Of a stretch of 64,000 nucleotides of DNA, positions 55,559-64,000 are shown one piece after another. A program made the translations under genes and the position numbers. Numbering within the stretch: position 1 is the first letter of the stretch; each line of letters begins with the position of its first letter. The DNA is from Actinomycetales bacterium (lineage in GTDB: Bacteria > Actinomycetota > Actinomycetes > Actinomycetales > JBBRBF01), in contig JBBRBF010000006.1 of NCBI GenBank assembly GCA_038206105.1, positions 36,205 to 100,204 of the forward strand. Direction: 5' to 3'. The notes beneath the pieces were generated by a model that made no database searches, was not told where the DNA came from, and saw only the letters and a list, made by a program, of their open reading frames with translations.

Positions 55559-56638
55559 TCAGCGGGCGGAGTGCTCGTGCACGAGGTCCACGACGCGGTG
55601 GAGCACGTCGGGGTCGGTCTCGGGGATGACGCCGTGCCCGAGGTTGAACACGTGCCCCGCCGCGACACGACCGGCGGCCAGGGTCGCGAGCACCCGCTCC
55701 TGCACGGCGTCGGGGCCGGCGAACAGCACCGCCGGGTCGAGGTTGCCCTGCAGAGGCGTCCCGGGGCGCACCCGCGCCACGGCCTCGTCGAGCGGCACCC
55801 TGAAGTCGACGCCGACGACGTCCGCTCCCGCCTGCGACATGGCCCCGAGCAGCTCGCCGGTGCCGACGCCGAAGTGGACCCGCGGGACGCCGAGGTCCGC
55901 CACGGCCGCGAGCACCGCGGCGGAGTGCGGCTGCACGTAGCGGCGGTAGTCCGCCGCCGGCAGCACACCCGCCCACGAGTCGAACAGCTGCAGGGCGCTC
56001 GCGCCGGCCTCGGCCTGCACCCGCAGGAACGTGGCGGTCGTGGCGGCGAGGCGCTCCATCAGCACGTGCCACACGTCCGGCCGCGAGTACATCAGCGCCT
56101 TCGTGCGCTCGTGGTTGCGGCTGGGTCCGCCCTCGACGAGGTAGCTGGCGAGCGTGAAGGGGGCGCCGGCGAACCCGATCAGGGGGGTGCTGCCGAGCTC
56201 GGCGACGAGCATCCTCACCGCGGTCGCGACCGGCGCCACCTGCTCGGGGTCGAGCACGGGCAGCGCGGCCACCGCGGCCTCGTCGCGCACGGGGGTGCCG
56301 ACCACCGGGCCGGTCCCGGGCACGATGTCGACGTCCACCCCGGCCTCCGCGAGCGGCACGACGATGTCGGAGTAGAGCACGGCGCCGTCGACCCCGTAGC
56401 GGCGCACGGGCTGCAACGTGATCTCCGTGACGAGCTCGGGGGTGCGGCAGGCGTCGAGCATCGCGATGCCCTCGCGGACCCGGCGGTACTCCGGCAGCGA
56501 GCGACCCGCCTGGCGCATGAACCACACCGGGGTGTGCGGCACCGGCTCCCCCCGGTAGGCCCGCAGCAGCGGCGCGTCGCGCAGGTCGGGGCCGGTCGCC
56601 GGAGCGGTGGCAGGGGTCGTCTCGACGTCGGGGTGCAC
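55559..56638 (-). CDS. hemE: uroporphyrinogen decarboxylase
   Basis: [33 protein letters not shown] and FNLGHGV. GTG at 56638 was chosen as the start. Confidence 0.9.
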   Translation of the reverse strand: MHPDVETTPATAPATGPDLRDAPLLRAYRGEPVPHTPVWFMRQAGRSLPEYRRVREGIAMLDACRTPELVTEITLQPVRRYGVDGAVLYSDIVVPLAEAGVDVDIVPGTGPVVGTPVRDEAAVAALPVLDPEQVAPVATAVRMLVAELGSTPLIGFAGAPFTLASYLVEGGPSRNHERTKALMYSRPDVWHVLMERLAATTATFLRVQAEAGASALQLFDSWAGVLPAADYRRYVQPHSAAVLAAVADLGVPRVHFGVGTGELLGAMSQAGADVVGVDFRVPLDEAVARVRPGTPLQGNLDPAVLFAGPDAVQERVLATLAAGRVAAGHVFNLGHGVIPETDPDVLHRVVDLVHEHSAR

Positions 56639-56713
56639 CGGCCGATCCTCGCAGCCGGCGCCCGCCACGGCGGCGGGACCCGGCACGGCCGCGCGCTCGC
56701 CGCCCCCGCACCG

Positions 56714-56765
56714 AGTGTGAGGTCTGTGCACGACACGCCGGCGTGTCGTGCACAGACCTCACACT
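56714..56765. repeat. perfect 52-bp palindrome (26-bp arms, no spacer)
   Basis: AGTGTGAGGTCTGTGCACGACACGCC|GGCGTGTCGTGCACAGACCTCACACT, verified base by base. It lies between the EamA stop (56788) and the hemE start (56638). Confidence 0.95.
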
Positions 56766-56787
56766 TGACGGGGTGTGTCGGGTGGGC

Positions 56788-57636
56788 TCAGCCGGCGGAC
56801 ACCAGCACGACGCCGGCCAGCGCCGCGGCCACTCCCACCTGCTGCACCCGGGCGAGCCGCTCGTGCAGCACCGCCCGCGCCAGCAGCACGGTCACGACCG
56901 GGTACAGCGACGCCAGCACGGCGGTGACGCTGACGAGCCCCGCGGTGGCCGCGAACCCGAAGGTCAGGTTGGCGCCGGCGTCCGCGACGCCGACGACCGC
57001 CAGCGGTCCCAGGTCGCGGACGACGACGCCGCCCGTCCCCCGCACGACCAGGGCCACGACCACGAACACCGAGACCGACGTCGCCCGCATGCCCACCAGC
57101 GTCATCAGCGGGGAGGACTGGGCACCGAGGCCGATGAACCACAGCGTCAAGCCGAAGCCGACGCCGGCGAGCGCGGCGAGCGCGACGGGGCGTGCACCGC
57201 CGCGGCCACCGCCCCCGCGCAGCTCCGGGCCGCTCGCCAGGGCGGCACCGGACAGGGCCACCACGATCCCCGCCACCTGCACCGCCGACGGCTGCTCCCC
57301 CGACGCGACCGCGAGCAGCACGGGCACGACGGCGCCCAGCGCCGCGATCGGCGAGACGACACCCATGGTCCCGGCGGCGAGTGCGGCGTAGAAGCACACC
57401 AGCGCGGTCGTCCCGGCGGCTCCCGCCGCGACCGACCAGACGAGCCACCCGGGCGGGTCGCCCGTCGCACCCACGGCCAGCGCCGCGACCGTGACGGCCA
57501 CCAGGCCGCATGCCTGCGACCAGCCCACGACGGCCGCCACCTGCAGCCGGCGCGAGAGCAGCCCGCCGAGGAAGTCGGCGCCGCCCCACATGCCCGACGA
57601 CACGAGCGCCAGGACGGGACCGAGCAGAGGAGCCAC
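56788..57636 (-). CDS. EamA/DMT-family transporter
   Basis: 10-TM pattern, MWGGADFLGG at the N-terminus, and duplicated EamA halves. Confidence 0.8.
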   Translation of the reverse strand: MAPLLGPVLALVSSGMWGGADFLGGLLSRRLQVAAVVGWSQACGLVAVTVAALAVGATGDPPGWLVWSVAAGAAGTTALVCFYAALAAGTMGVVSPIAALGAVVPVLLAVASGEQPSAVQVAGIVVALSGAALASGPELRGGGGRGGARPVALAALAGVGFGLTLWFIGLGAQSSPLMTLVGMRATSVSVFVVVALVVRGTGGVVVRDLGPLAVVGVADAGANLTFGFAATAGLVSVTAVLASLYPVVTVLLARAVLHERLARVQQVGVAAALAGVVLVSAG

Positions 57637-57674
57637 GGCGGCGCAGCGTACGACCGGTCGGGAGTGACGGGTCA

Positions 57675-57707
57675 GCAGCCGCACCCGACAGGCAGCCGCA
57701 CCCGACA
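57675..57707. repeat. tandem direct repeat (period 17 bp), GCAGCCGCACCCGACA x2
   Basis: The 16-nt copies at 57675-57690 and 57692-57707 are exact. They lie in the divergent EamA/DUF3000 intergenic region. Confidence 0.9.
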
Positions 57708-57759
57708 CGCGGGCCGCGCGTGCACCGGCCACCGGCCGCGGCGGCCGTACGCTGCGGCG

Positions 57760-58335
57760 GTGGCGGTCAGGGACGTCCCAGGCCCGCAACCCGAGGTGTT
57801 CACCCGGGCGGTTGCGGCGCTGCGGTCCGCCCGGCTGCGCGCGGACGTCGTCCTCACCGAGGTGCCGGCGCCGGCGCGGATCTCGCCCTACGCCGCCGCG
57901 ATGACCGCGGACGTCCTCAGCGGCGAGGACGAGCTCGCGACCGGACGCTTCGTGCTGCTGCACGACCCCGACGGCCAGGAGGCGTGGCAGGGCACGTTCC
58001 GCGTCGTCTCGTTCGTGCGCGCCGAGCTCGAGGCCGAGATGGGCCCCGACCCGATGCTGGGCCAGGTGGGCTGGACCTGGCTGACCGACGCGCTGGACGC
58101 CGTCGGCGCCGGGCACCGCGCCGCAGGCGGCACCGTGACGCGGGTGCTGTCGGAGAGCTTCGGAGCCCTGGCCGACCGGCCGCCCGGCATCGACATCGAG
58201 ATCCGGGCGTCCTGGACGCCCACCGGTGACGACCTCGCCGCGCACCTGCGGGGCTGGGCCGAGCTGCTCTGCACCAGTGCGGGACTGCCGCCGCTGCCCG
58301 CGGGCGTGGCCTCGCTGCACCATCGCGCCCGCTGA
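57760..58335 (+). CDS. DUF3000-like protein
   Basis: FTRAVAALRSARLRADVVLTEVPAPARISPYAAAMTADV...GRFVLLHDPDGQEAWQGTFRVVSFVRAELE. The family is recalled from memory. Confidence 0.65.
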   Translation: MAVRDVPGPQPEVFTRAVAALRSARLRADVVLTEVPAPARISPYAAAMTADVLSGEDELATGRFVLLHDPDGQEAWQGTFRVVSFVRAELEAEMGPDPMLGQVGWTWLTDALDAVGAGHRAAGGTVTRVLSESFGALADRPPGIDIEIRASWTPTGDDLAAHLRGWAELLCTSAGLPPLPAGVASLHHRAR

Positions 58336-58457
58336 CCCCCCTCAGAACGTCACAGCACGTCACCCTCGGGTGTCAAGTCGGGCGCTCCCGCCGCCGATGA
58401 CACGGCAACGGCCCGCCAGGACGGCGGGTGCACCACCGAGTTCGCAGGAGGCGCGGG

Positions 58458-59123
58458 GTGGCGGCAGTGGTCGAACAGGTGACGACGCGGTCCGTGCAGC
58501 GCACGGCCGGTCAGGCAGGGGTGCTCGCAGGCGTCCCGAACGGCGCCGAGGCGGCGACCGCCCCTGCGCAGCGCGTCCCGGTGCGCAGCACCGCCCTCGT
58601 GGCGGTGTCGCAGCCCGCGGCGCGGGAGACGGCGGTGCGGATCCTGCGCGCCCTGGGCGCCACCGACGTGCTGGCGGCCACCACCGTGGCCGAGGCCCGG
58701 CGCGCCGGCACCGGCCGGCCCGGCGAGCTCGCCGTGGGCGAGGCGGTCCTTCCCGACGGGTCCGGCGTGTCCCTGCTGCGCGACCTACGGGCGGGCGGCT
58801 GGAACCGCGGGGTGCTCCTCGGCCCCGGCGACGACCCTTACCTGGTCCGGGCCGCCCTCGCCGCCGGCATCCGCTGCTTCATCACCGGCCGTGAGGACCC
58901 CGTCCCGTCGCCGGTGCGCCAGCAGGTGCAGGGCCTGTCGCACCGCGAGGTCGAGGTGCTCCAGCTCGTCGGCGACGGCCGCTCGAACCGCGACGTCGGG
59001 GTTGCCCTCGGCCTGTCCGCGCTCACCGTGAAGAGCCACCTCGCCCGGATCGCCCGCAAGCTGGGCACCGGCGACCGCGCAGAGATGGTGATGCTGGCGC
59101 TGCGCTCCGGCGTCATCACCTGA
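58458..59123 (+). CDS. LuxR-family regulator with an atypical receiver domain
   Basis: C-terminal HTH: LSHREVEVLQLVGDGRSNRDVGVALGLSALTVKSHLARIARKLG. The receiver-like N-terminus lacks the acidic pair and has Glu at the expected phospho-Asp position. GTG at 58458 lies 6 nt after AGGAGG. Confidence 0.7.
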   Translation: MAAVVEQVTTRSVQRTAGQAGVLAGVPNGAEAATAPAQRVPVRSTALVAVSQPAARETAVRILRALGATDVLAATTVAEARRAGTGRPGELAVGEAVLPDGSGVSLLRDLRAGGWNRGVLLGPGDDPYLVRAALAAGIRCFITGREDPVPSPVRQQVQGLSHREVEVLQLVGDGRSNRDVGVALGLSALTVKSHLARIARKLGTGDRAEMVMLALRSGVIT

Positions 59124-59221
59124 GCCCCGCGGCTCCGCCCGCCGACCACGACCCGGCGGGTGCCGCCTCGGGCGCGCCGACGCTCGACCTCGGACGTCCC
59201 CGACCCGCGCGACCGTAGGCT

Positions 59222-60547
59222 GTGCGGGTGGCCGACCCGAGCTCAGCACCGGACCCGCCGGAGGCCGTGACCCCACCGCCGCGGCCGCTGGCCGCGCCGC
59301 GCGACGGCGTCCCCGACCTCGTGGCGACCCCCGCCGGGCTCGCCGACGCGGCGGCCCGGCTCGTCGCCGGCACCGGGCCCGTGGCCGTCGACGCCGAGCG
59401 CGCCTCCGGGTACCGCTACGGCCAGCGCGCGTTCCTCGTGCAGCTGCGCCGCGAGGGGACCGGCTCGCTGCTCGTCGACCCGGTGCCGCTGCCCGACCTG
59501 TCCCCGCTGGCCACCGCCCTCGGCGACGCCACGTGGGTGCTGCACGCCGCCGGTCAGGACCTGCCGTGCCTGGCGGAGGTCGGGCTGCGACCCGGGGGCG
59601 ACCTCTTCGACACCGAGCTCGCGGGCCGGCTCGCCGGGCGGGAGAAGGTCGGTCTCGCCGCGGTCGTCGAGGACCTGCTCGGCTGGACGCTGGCGAAGGA
59701 GCACTCGGCGGTCGACTGGTCGACACGGCCGCTGCCAGAGCCCTGGCTGCGCTACGCCGCCCTCGACGTCGAGGTGCTGCTCGAGCTGCGGGACGTCCTC
59801 GCCGCCGAGCTCGCGGCGCAAGGCAAGACCGCCTGGGCGCAGCAGGAGTTCGCCGCCGTCCGTGACGCGCCGCCGCCCTCCCCCCGCACCGACCCCTGGC
59901 GACGCACCTCCGGGCTGCACCAGGTGCGCGACCGGCGCGGCCTCGCGGTCGTGCGTTCCGTGTGGACCGAGCGCGAGGAGATCGCCCGCCGCCGCGACAT
60001 CGCCCCCGGCCGTGTGCTGCCCGACCGGGCAGTCGTCTCCGCCGCCGTGCGGCAGCCCGCGACCGTGGCCGAGCTGACGACGCTGCCGGTGTTCTCGGGA
60101 CCGGCGAACCGCCGCATCGCCTCGCGCTGGATGGCCGCGATCGACCGGGCCAGGGCGCTGGCCGACCCCGAGCTGCCGGCGCAGACCCTGCCGAGCGACG
60201 GTCCGCCACCGCCGCGGGTCTGGCGCGAGCGCGACCCCCAGGCCGCGGCCCGGCTCGCGGTGGCCCGCGGCATCGTGGACGAGCTCTCCGAGCAGCACGG
60301 GGTCCCGGCGCAGAACCTGCTCACGCCCGACCTGCTCCGTCGGTTGTGCTGGCGCCCACCGGAGCCCGCCGACGCGGCCGGCGTCGCCGCGAGCCTGCGC
60401 GCCGCGGGTGCCCGGCGGTGGCAGGCCGACCTGTTCGCGGGCCGGCTCGCCGACGCGTTCGCCGACGCCGCCGCGACCGACGCGGGTCCGGCAGGCGACG
60501 CAGGTCCACCGGGCGACGCGTCACGGGACGACGCGGCGTCGCGCTGA
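59222..60547 (+). CDS. rnd: ribonuclease D (3'-5' exonuclease plus HRDC)
   Basis: DEDD motifs (VAVDAERASGYRYGQRAFLVQL; HAAGQDLPCL; YAALDVEVLLEL) and an HRDC region. Confidence 0.85.
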   Translation: MRVADPSSAPDPPEAVTPPPRPLAAPRDGVPDLVATPAGLADAAARLVAGTGPVAVDAERASGYRYGQRAFLVQLRREGTGSLLVDPVPLPDLSPLATALGDATWVLHAAGQDLPCLAEVGLRPGGDLFDTELAGRLAGREKVGLAAVVEDLLGWTLAKEHSAVDWSTRPLPEPWLRYAALDVEVLLELRDVLAAELAAQGKTAWAQQEFAAVRDAPPPSPRTDPWRRTSGLHQVRDRRGLAVVRSVWTEREEIARRRDIAPGRVLPDRAVVSAAVRQPATVAELTTLPVFSGPANRRIASRWMAAIDRARALADPELPAQTLPSDGPPPPRVWRERDPQAAARLAVARGIVDELSEQHGVPAQNLLTPDLLRRLCWRPPEPADAAGVAASLRAAGARRWQADLFAGRLADAFADAAATDAGPAGDAGPPGDASRDDAASR

Positions 60548-60622
60548 CGGGTCGGGCGATGCGCTTGTTACTCGTGAGTAGCATGGCGCGCGGCCCCCCA
60601 GCCCGACCCCCGAGGAGCTCCC

Positions 60623-61840
60623 GTGCCCCGCACCCTGCGTGACGTCGTCTTCGTCGACGGCGTCCGGACCCCGTTCGGCAAGGCCGGCGACAAGGGCATG
60701 TACGCCCGGACCCGCGCGGACGACATGGTGGTGCGCTGCATCCGGGAGCTGCTGCGCCGCAACCCCGGCCTGCCGCCCGAGCGGGTGGACGACGTCGCGG
60801 TCGCGGCCACCACCCAGACCGGTGACCAGGGCCTGACGATCGGGCGCACCGCCGCCCTGCTCGCGGGGCTGCCGTCGTCCGTGCCCGGGTTCGCGATCGA
60901 CCGGATGTGCGCCGGTGCGATGACCGCGGTGACCACGACCGCCGGGGGAATCGCCTTCGGGGCCTACGACGTCGCGATCGCGGGCGGCGTCGAGCACATG
61001 GGACACCACCCGATGGGTGAGGGCGTCGACCCGAACCCGCGCTTCGTCTCCGAGCGCCTGGTGGACTCCTCGGCGTTGGTGATGGGAGCCACCGCTGAGA
61101 ACCTGCACGACCGGTACCCGCAGATCACGAAGGAGCGCTGCGACGCGTTCGCCGCCGCGAGCCAGGCGAAGCTCGCCGCCGCGTACGCCGCCGGCCACGT
61201 GCAGCCCGACCTCGTCACCGTCGCCACCCGCGACGCCGAGAACGACTGGGGCATCGCCTCGGTCGACGAGCCACCGCGTCCGGGCACGACCGTCGAGCAG
61301 CTCGCCGACCTGCGCACACCGTTCCGCCCCCACGGCCGGGTCACGGCCGGCAACGCCGCGGGCCTCAACGACGGCGCGACCGCGTGCCTGCTCGCCGGCG
61401 CCGACACCGCTGTCGAGCTCGGCATGGAGCCGCGGATGCGCCTGGTGTCGTACGCCTTCGCCGGCGTCGAGCCGGAGGTGATGGGCATCGGCCCGGTGCC
61501 CGCGACCGAGAAGGCGCTGCGGCTGGCGGGGCTGACGATCGACGACATCGGGCTGTTCGAGCTGAACGAGGCGTTCGCCGTCCAGGTGCTCGCCTTCTGC
61601 GACCACTTCGGGATCCCCGACGACGACCCGCGCGTCAACCCGTGGGGCGGTGCGATCGCGCTCGGGCACCCCCTCGCGTCGTCCGGGGTGCGGCTGATGA
61701 CGCAGCTGGCGCGGCACTTCGAGGCCGATCCCGGTGTGCGGTATGGGCTCACGGCCCTCTGCGTCGGGATCGGCATGGGGGGCGCGGTGGTCTGGGAGAA
61801 CCCCCACCACGCCGACTACGGGACGGAGGCGGCGGCCTGA
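60623..61840 (+). CDS. fadA: acetyl-CoA C-acyltransferase (thiolase)
   Basis: Active-site Cys in IDRMCAGAMTAV, plus NEAFA and the C-terminal GLTALCVGIGMGGAV. GTG at 60623 follows a GAGGAG RBS. Confidence 0.9.
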   Translation: MPRTLRDVVFVDGVRTPFGKAGDKGMYARTRADDMVVRCIRELLRRNPGLPPERVDDVAVAATTQTGDQGLTIGRTAALLAGLPSSVPGFAIDRMCAGAMTAVTTTAGGIAFGAYDVAIAGGVEHMGHHPMGEGVDPNPRFVSERLVDSSALVMGATAENLHDRYPQITKERCDAFAAASQAKLAAAYAAGHVQPDLVTVATRDAENDWGIASVDEPPRPGTTVEQLADLRTPFRPHGRVTAGNAAGLNDGATACLLAGADTAVELGMEPRMRLVSYAFAGVEPEVMGIGPVPATEKALRLAGLTIDDIGLFELNEAFAVQVLAFCDHFGIPDDDPRVNPWGGAIALGHPLASSGVRLMTQLARHFEADPGVRYGLTALCVGIGMGGAVVWENPHHADYGTEAAA

Positions 61841-63972
61841 TGGCACCCACGACGACGGTCTCCCCGCAGGACCTCGCCGCGATGACGCCGGACGAGCGCG
61901 TCACGAGCTTCGGCGTCCGCGACGTCGCGCTGCCCGGCGTCGGCATTCTGGCGCTGATCACCATGGACAACGGCTTCGACCACACCAAGCCGACCACGTT
62001 CGGCCCCCGTGGCCTGCTGAACCTGCGCGACACGCTCGACGCGGTATCGGCCCGGGTGGACGCCGGCGAGGTGGCCGCGGTCGCCGTCACCGGCAAGCCG
62101 TTCGTGTTCGCCGTCGGCGCCGACCTGAGCGAGATCGGCAGCGTCACCGACCGCGAGCAGGCCCTCGCCCTGGCCCGGCTCGGCCACGACACCTTCCGCC
62201 GGCTCGGCGAGCTCGCCGTGCCCACGTTCGCGTTCGTCAACGGCGCCGCCCTGGGAGGCGGCGTCGAGATCGCGCTGCACTGCACGTACCGGACGCTGTC
62301 GTCGGGGGTCACGGCGCTCGCGCTGCCCGAGTGCTTCCTCGGGCTCGTACCGGGCTGGGGCGGTACCTACCTGCTGCCTCGCCTCGTCGGCCCTCGGGCG
62401 GCGCTGGACGTGATGGTCGCGAACGCCGTGGACAACAACCGGATGATGGGCGCGGCCCAGGCGCACGCCGCCGGATTCGCCGACCTGCTGGCCGAGCCCG
62501 CCGACTTCCTCGAGCGGTCGGTGGAGTGGGCCGCCGCCGTCGTCCGCGGCGACGTGACGGTGGAGCGGACCGACCACACGCACGACGCCGAGGCGTGGGA
62601 GGCCGCGTGCCGTCGCGCCCGCGGGGTAGCGGACGCCCGGCTGCACGGGGCCGCGCCGGCCGCCTACCGGGCGGTCGACCTCGTCGCCGCCTCCCGAACC
62701 GTCGACCGTGACGCCGGCTTCGCCGCCGAGGACGACGCCCTGGCCGACCTCGTCATGAGCGAGCAGTTCCGCTCCGGGGTCTACGCGTTCGACCTGACCC
62801 AGCGGCGCGCGAAGCGGCCCGCCGGTGCACCGGAGGCGTCGCTGGCCCGGCCGGTGACGAAGGTCGGGGTCGTCGGCGCGGGGCTGATGGCCAGCCAGCT
62901 CGCGCTGCTGTTCGTGCAGCGGCTGAAGGTCCCCGTCGTGATGACCGACCTCGACGCCGACCGCGTCGAGGCCGGTGTCGCCCGGGTGCACACCATGCTC
63001 GACGAGCGACTCGCCAAGGGACGCCTGTCCCCCGACGCCGCGAACCGCCTGAAGGCGCTCGTCACCGGCTCCACGAGCAAGGACGGTTTCTCCGACGCCG
63101 ACCTCGTGATCGAGGCGGTCTTCGAGGAGATGGCCGTCAAGCAGCAGGTCCTCGCCGAGGTCGAGGCGGTCGTCGGGCCGGAGTGCGTGCTGGCGACGAA
63201 CACCTCCTCGTTGTCGGTGTCGCAGATGGCGTCCGGGCTGGAGCACCCCGAGCGCGTCGTCGGCCTGCACTTCTTCAACCCCGTCGCCGTGCTGCCGCTG
63301 GTGGAGGTCGTCCGAGGCGAGAAGACGGCCGACGCCGCGCTGGCCACGGCCTTCGCCGTCGGCAAGGAGCTGCGCAAGTCGTGCGTGCTGTGCCGCGACG
63401 CACCCGCGTTCGTGGTGAACCGGCTGCTGACCCGCTTCCTCGGCGAGGTGACCGCGTCGCTGGACGAGGGCACCCCGCCGGACGTCGCGGACGCCGCCCT
63501 GGTCCCGCTGGGGATGCCGATGCCGCCGCTGGTGCTGCTCGGCCTGGTCGGCCCGGCCGTGGCGCTCCACGTCGCGGAGACCCTCCACGAGGCGTTCCCG
63601 GACCGCTTCGGCGTCTCGGGGAACCTGCGCCGGATCGTCGAGGCCGGCCGGCCCGGGGTGTGGTCCTTCGACGAGAAGGGCCGTCCCTACCTGGACGACG
63701 AGACCGCCGACCTGCTGGTGCTCGGCGACTCCCCGCAGACCGCCGAGCAGCTGCGCGAGCGGGCGCTGGCCGCGCTCGCCGAGGAGGTCGGGACGATGCT
63801 GGCGGACGACGTCGTCGAGGACGTCCGCGACATCGACCTGTGCATGATCCTCGGCGCGGGCTGGCCGTTCCACCTCGGCGGCATCACCCCCTACCTGGAC
63901 CGCAGCGGCGTCTCCGAGCAGGTCACGGGGTCGCGCTTCCTGCCCCGCGGGGTGGCCTCAACCCCGGCATGA
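61840..63972 (+). CDS. fadB: multifunctional enoyl-CoA hydratase / 3-hydroxyacyl-CoA dehydrogenase
   Basis: The crotonase part has FVFAVGADL and GGGVEIAL. The NAD-binding site is VGVVGAGLMASQLA, followed by HFFNPV. The start shares a TGATG overlap with the fadA stop. Confidence 0.9.
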   Translation: MAPTTTVSPQDLAAMTPDERVTSFGVRDVALPGVGILALITMDNGFDHTKPTTFGPRGLLNLRDTLDAVSARVDAGEVAAVAVTGKPFVFAVGADLSEIGSVTDREQALALARLGHDTFRRLGELAVPTFAFVNGAALGGGVEIALHCTYRTLSSGVTALALPECFLGLVPGWGGTYLLPRLVGPRAALDVMVANAVDNNRMMGAAQAHAAGFADLLAEPADFLERSVEWAAAVVRGDVTVERTDHTHDAEAWEAACRRARGVADARLHGAAPAAYRAVDLVAASRTVDRDAGFAAEDDALADLVMSEQFRSGVYAFDLTQRRAKRPAGAPEASLARPVTKVGVVGAGLMASQLALLFVQRLKVPVVMTDLDADRVEAGVARVHTMLDERLAKGRLSPDAANRLKALVTGSTSKDGFSDADLVIEAVFEEMAVKQQVLAEVEAVVGPECVLATNTSSLSVSQMASGLEHPERVVGLHFFNPVAVLPLVEVVRGEKTADAALATAFAVGKELRKSCVLCRDAPAFVVNRLLTRFLGEVTASLDEGTPPDVADAALVPLGMPMPPLVLLGLVGPAVALHVAETLHEAFPDRFGVSGNLRRIVEAGRPGVWSFDEKGRPYLDDETADLLVLGDSPQTAEQLRERALAALAEEVGTMLADDVVEDVRDIDLCMILGAGWPFHLGGITPYLDRSGVSEQVTGSRFLPRGVASTPA

Positions 63973-64000
63973 GCCCGGCTTCCCCTGCCCGGGCGGTGTG

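Overview
The window is a very GC-rich stretch (over 70% by eye) of actinobacterial chromosome. Coding is dense on both strands, and many genes overlap the next by 4 nt (ATGA or GTGA). I found no rRNA, CRISPR array, transposase, integrase or phage genes.

Most of the content is housekeeping:
- The PIM-lipid locus (pgsA1, start of patA) with a HIT protein and thrS.
- An EF-G-like GTPase, a MOSC protein and four tRNAs: Val-CAC, then a Gly-GCC/Cys-GCA/Val-GAC cluster.
- An SsgB-like division protein.
- glgX-treY-[ppk2 antisense]-treZ.
- ZapE and a CHAD protein.
- A four-gene overlapping sulfur operon (rhodanese, SufE, RibD_C-like reductase, sulfite-oxidase-like enzyme).
- A ligC-type DNA ligase and a separate LigD-like polymerase/primase domain.
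- msrB, the coproporphyrin-dependent heme genes hemE/hemY/hemQ, RNase D and fadA/fadB.

The most interesting locus is at 43.0-47.3 kb. An ECF sigma factor is translationally coupled to an ORF that joins an exact zinc anti-sigma (ZAS) motif, C-x24-H-x3-C-x2-C, to an Asp23/Gls24 domain. This pair faces a seven-gene Asp23/DUF2273/DUF6286/AmaP operon.

Other notable signals:
- An OsmC-family gene has TGA exactly at the catalytic-cysteine position, so it is either a selenoprotein candidate or a nonsense mutant.
- Four more inactivated genes are present: AraC, an EAL domain, an rsgA-like GTPase and a sulfatase.
- A perfect 52-bp palindrome lies upstream of hemE.
- A 12-bp G-run repeat with strong G-quadruplex potential sits at the 5' end of a patatin gene, which is paired divergently with a NERD-domain gene.
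- Several short tandem repeats occur in or next to genes.

All calls come from reading the ORF translations and the DNA by hand. Start codons were chosen from RBS and overlap context and are less certain than stop codons. No database search was run.
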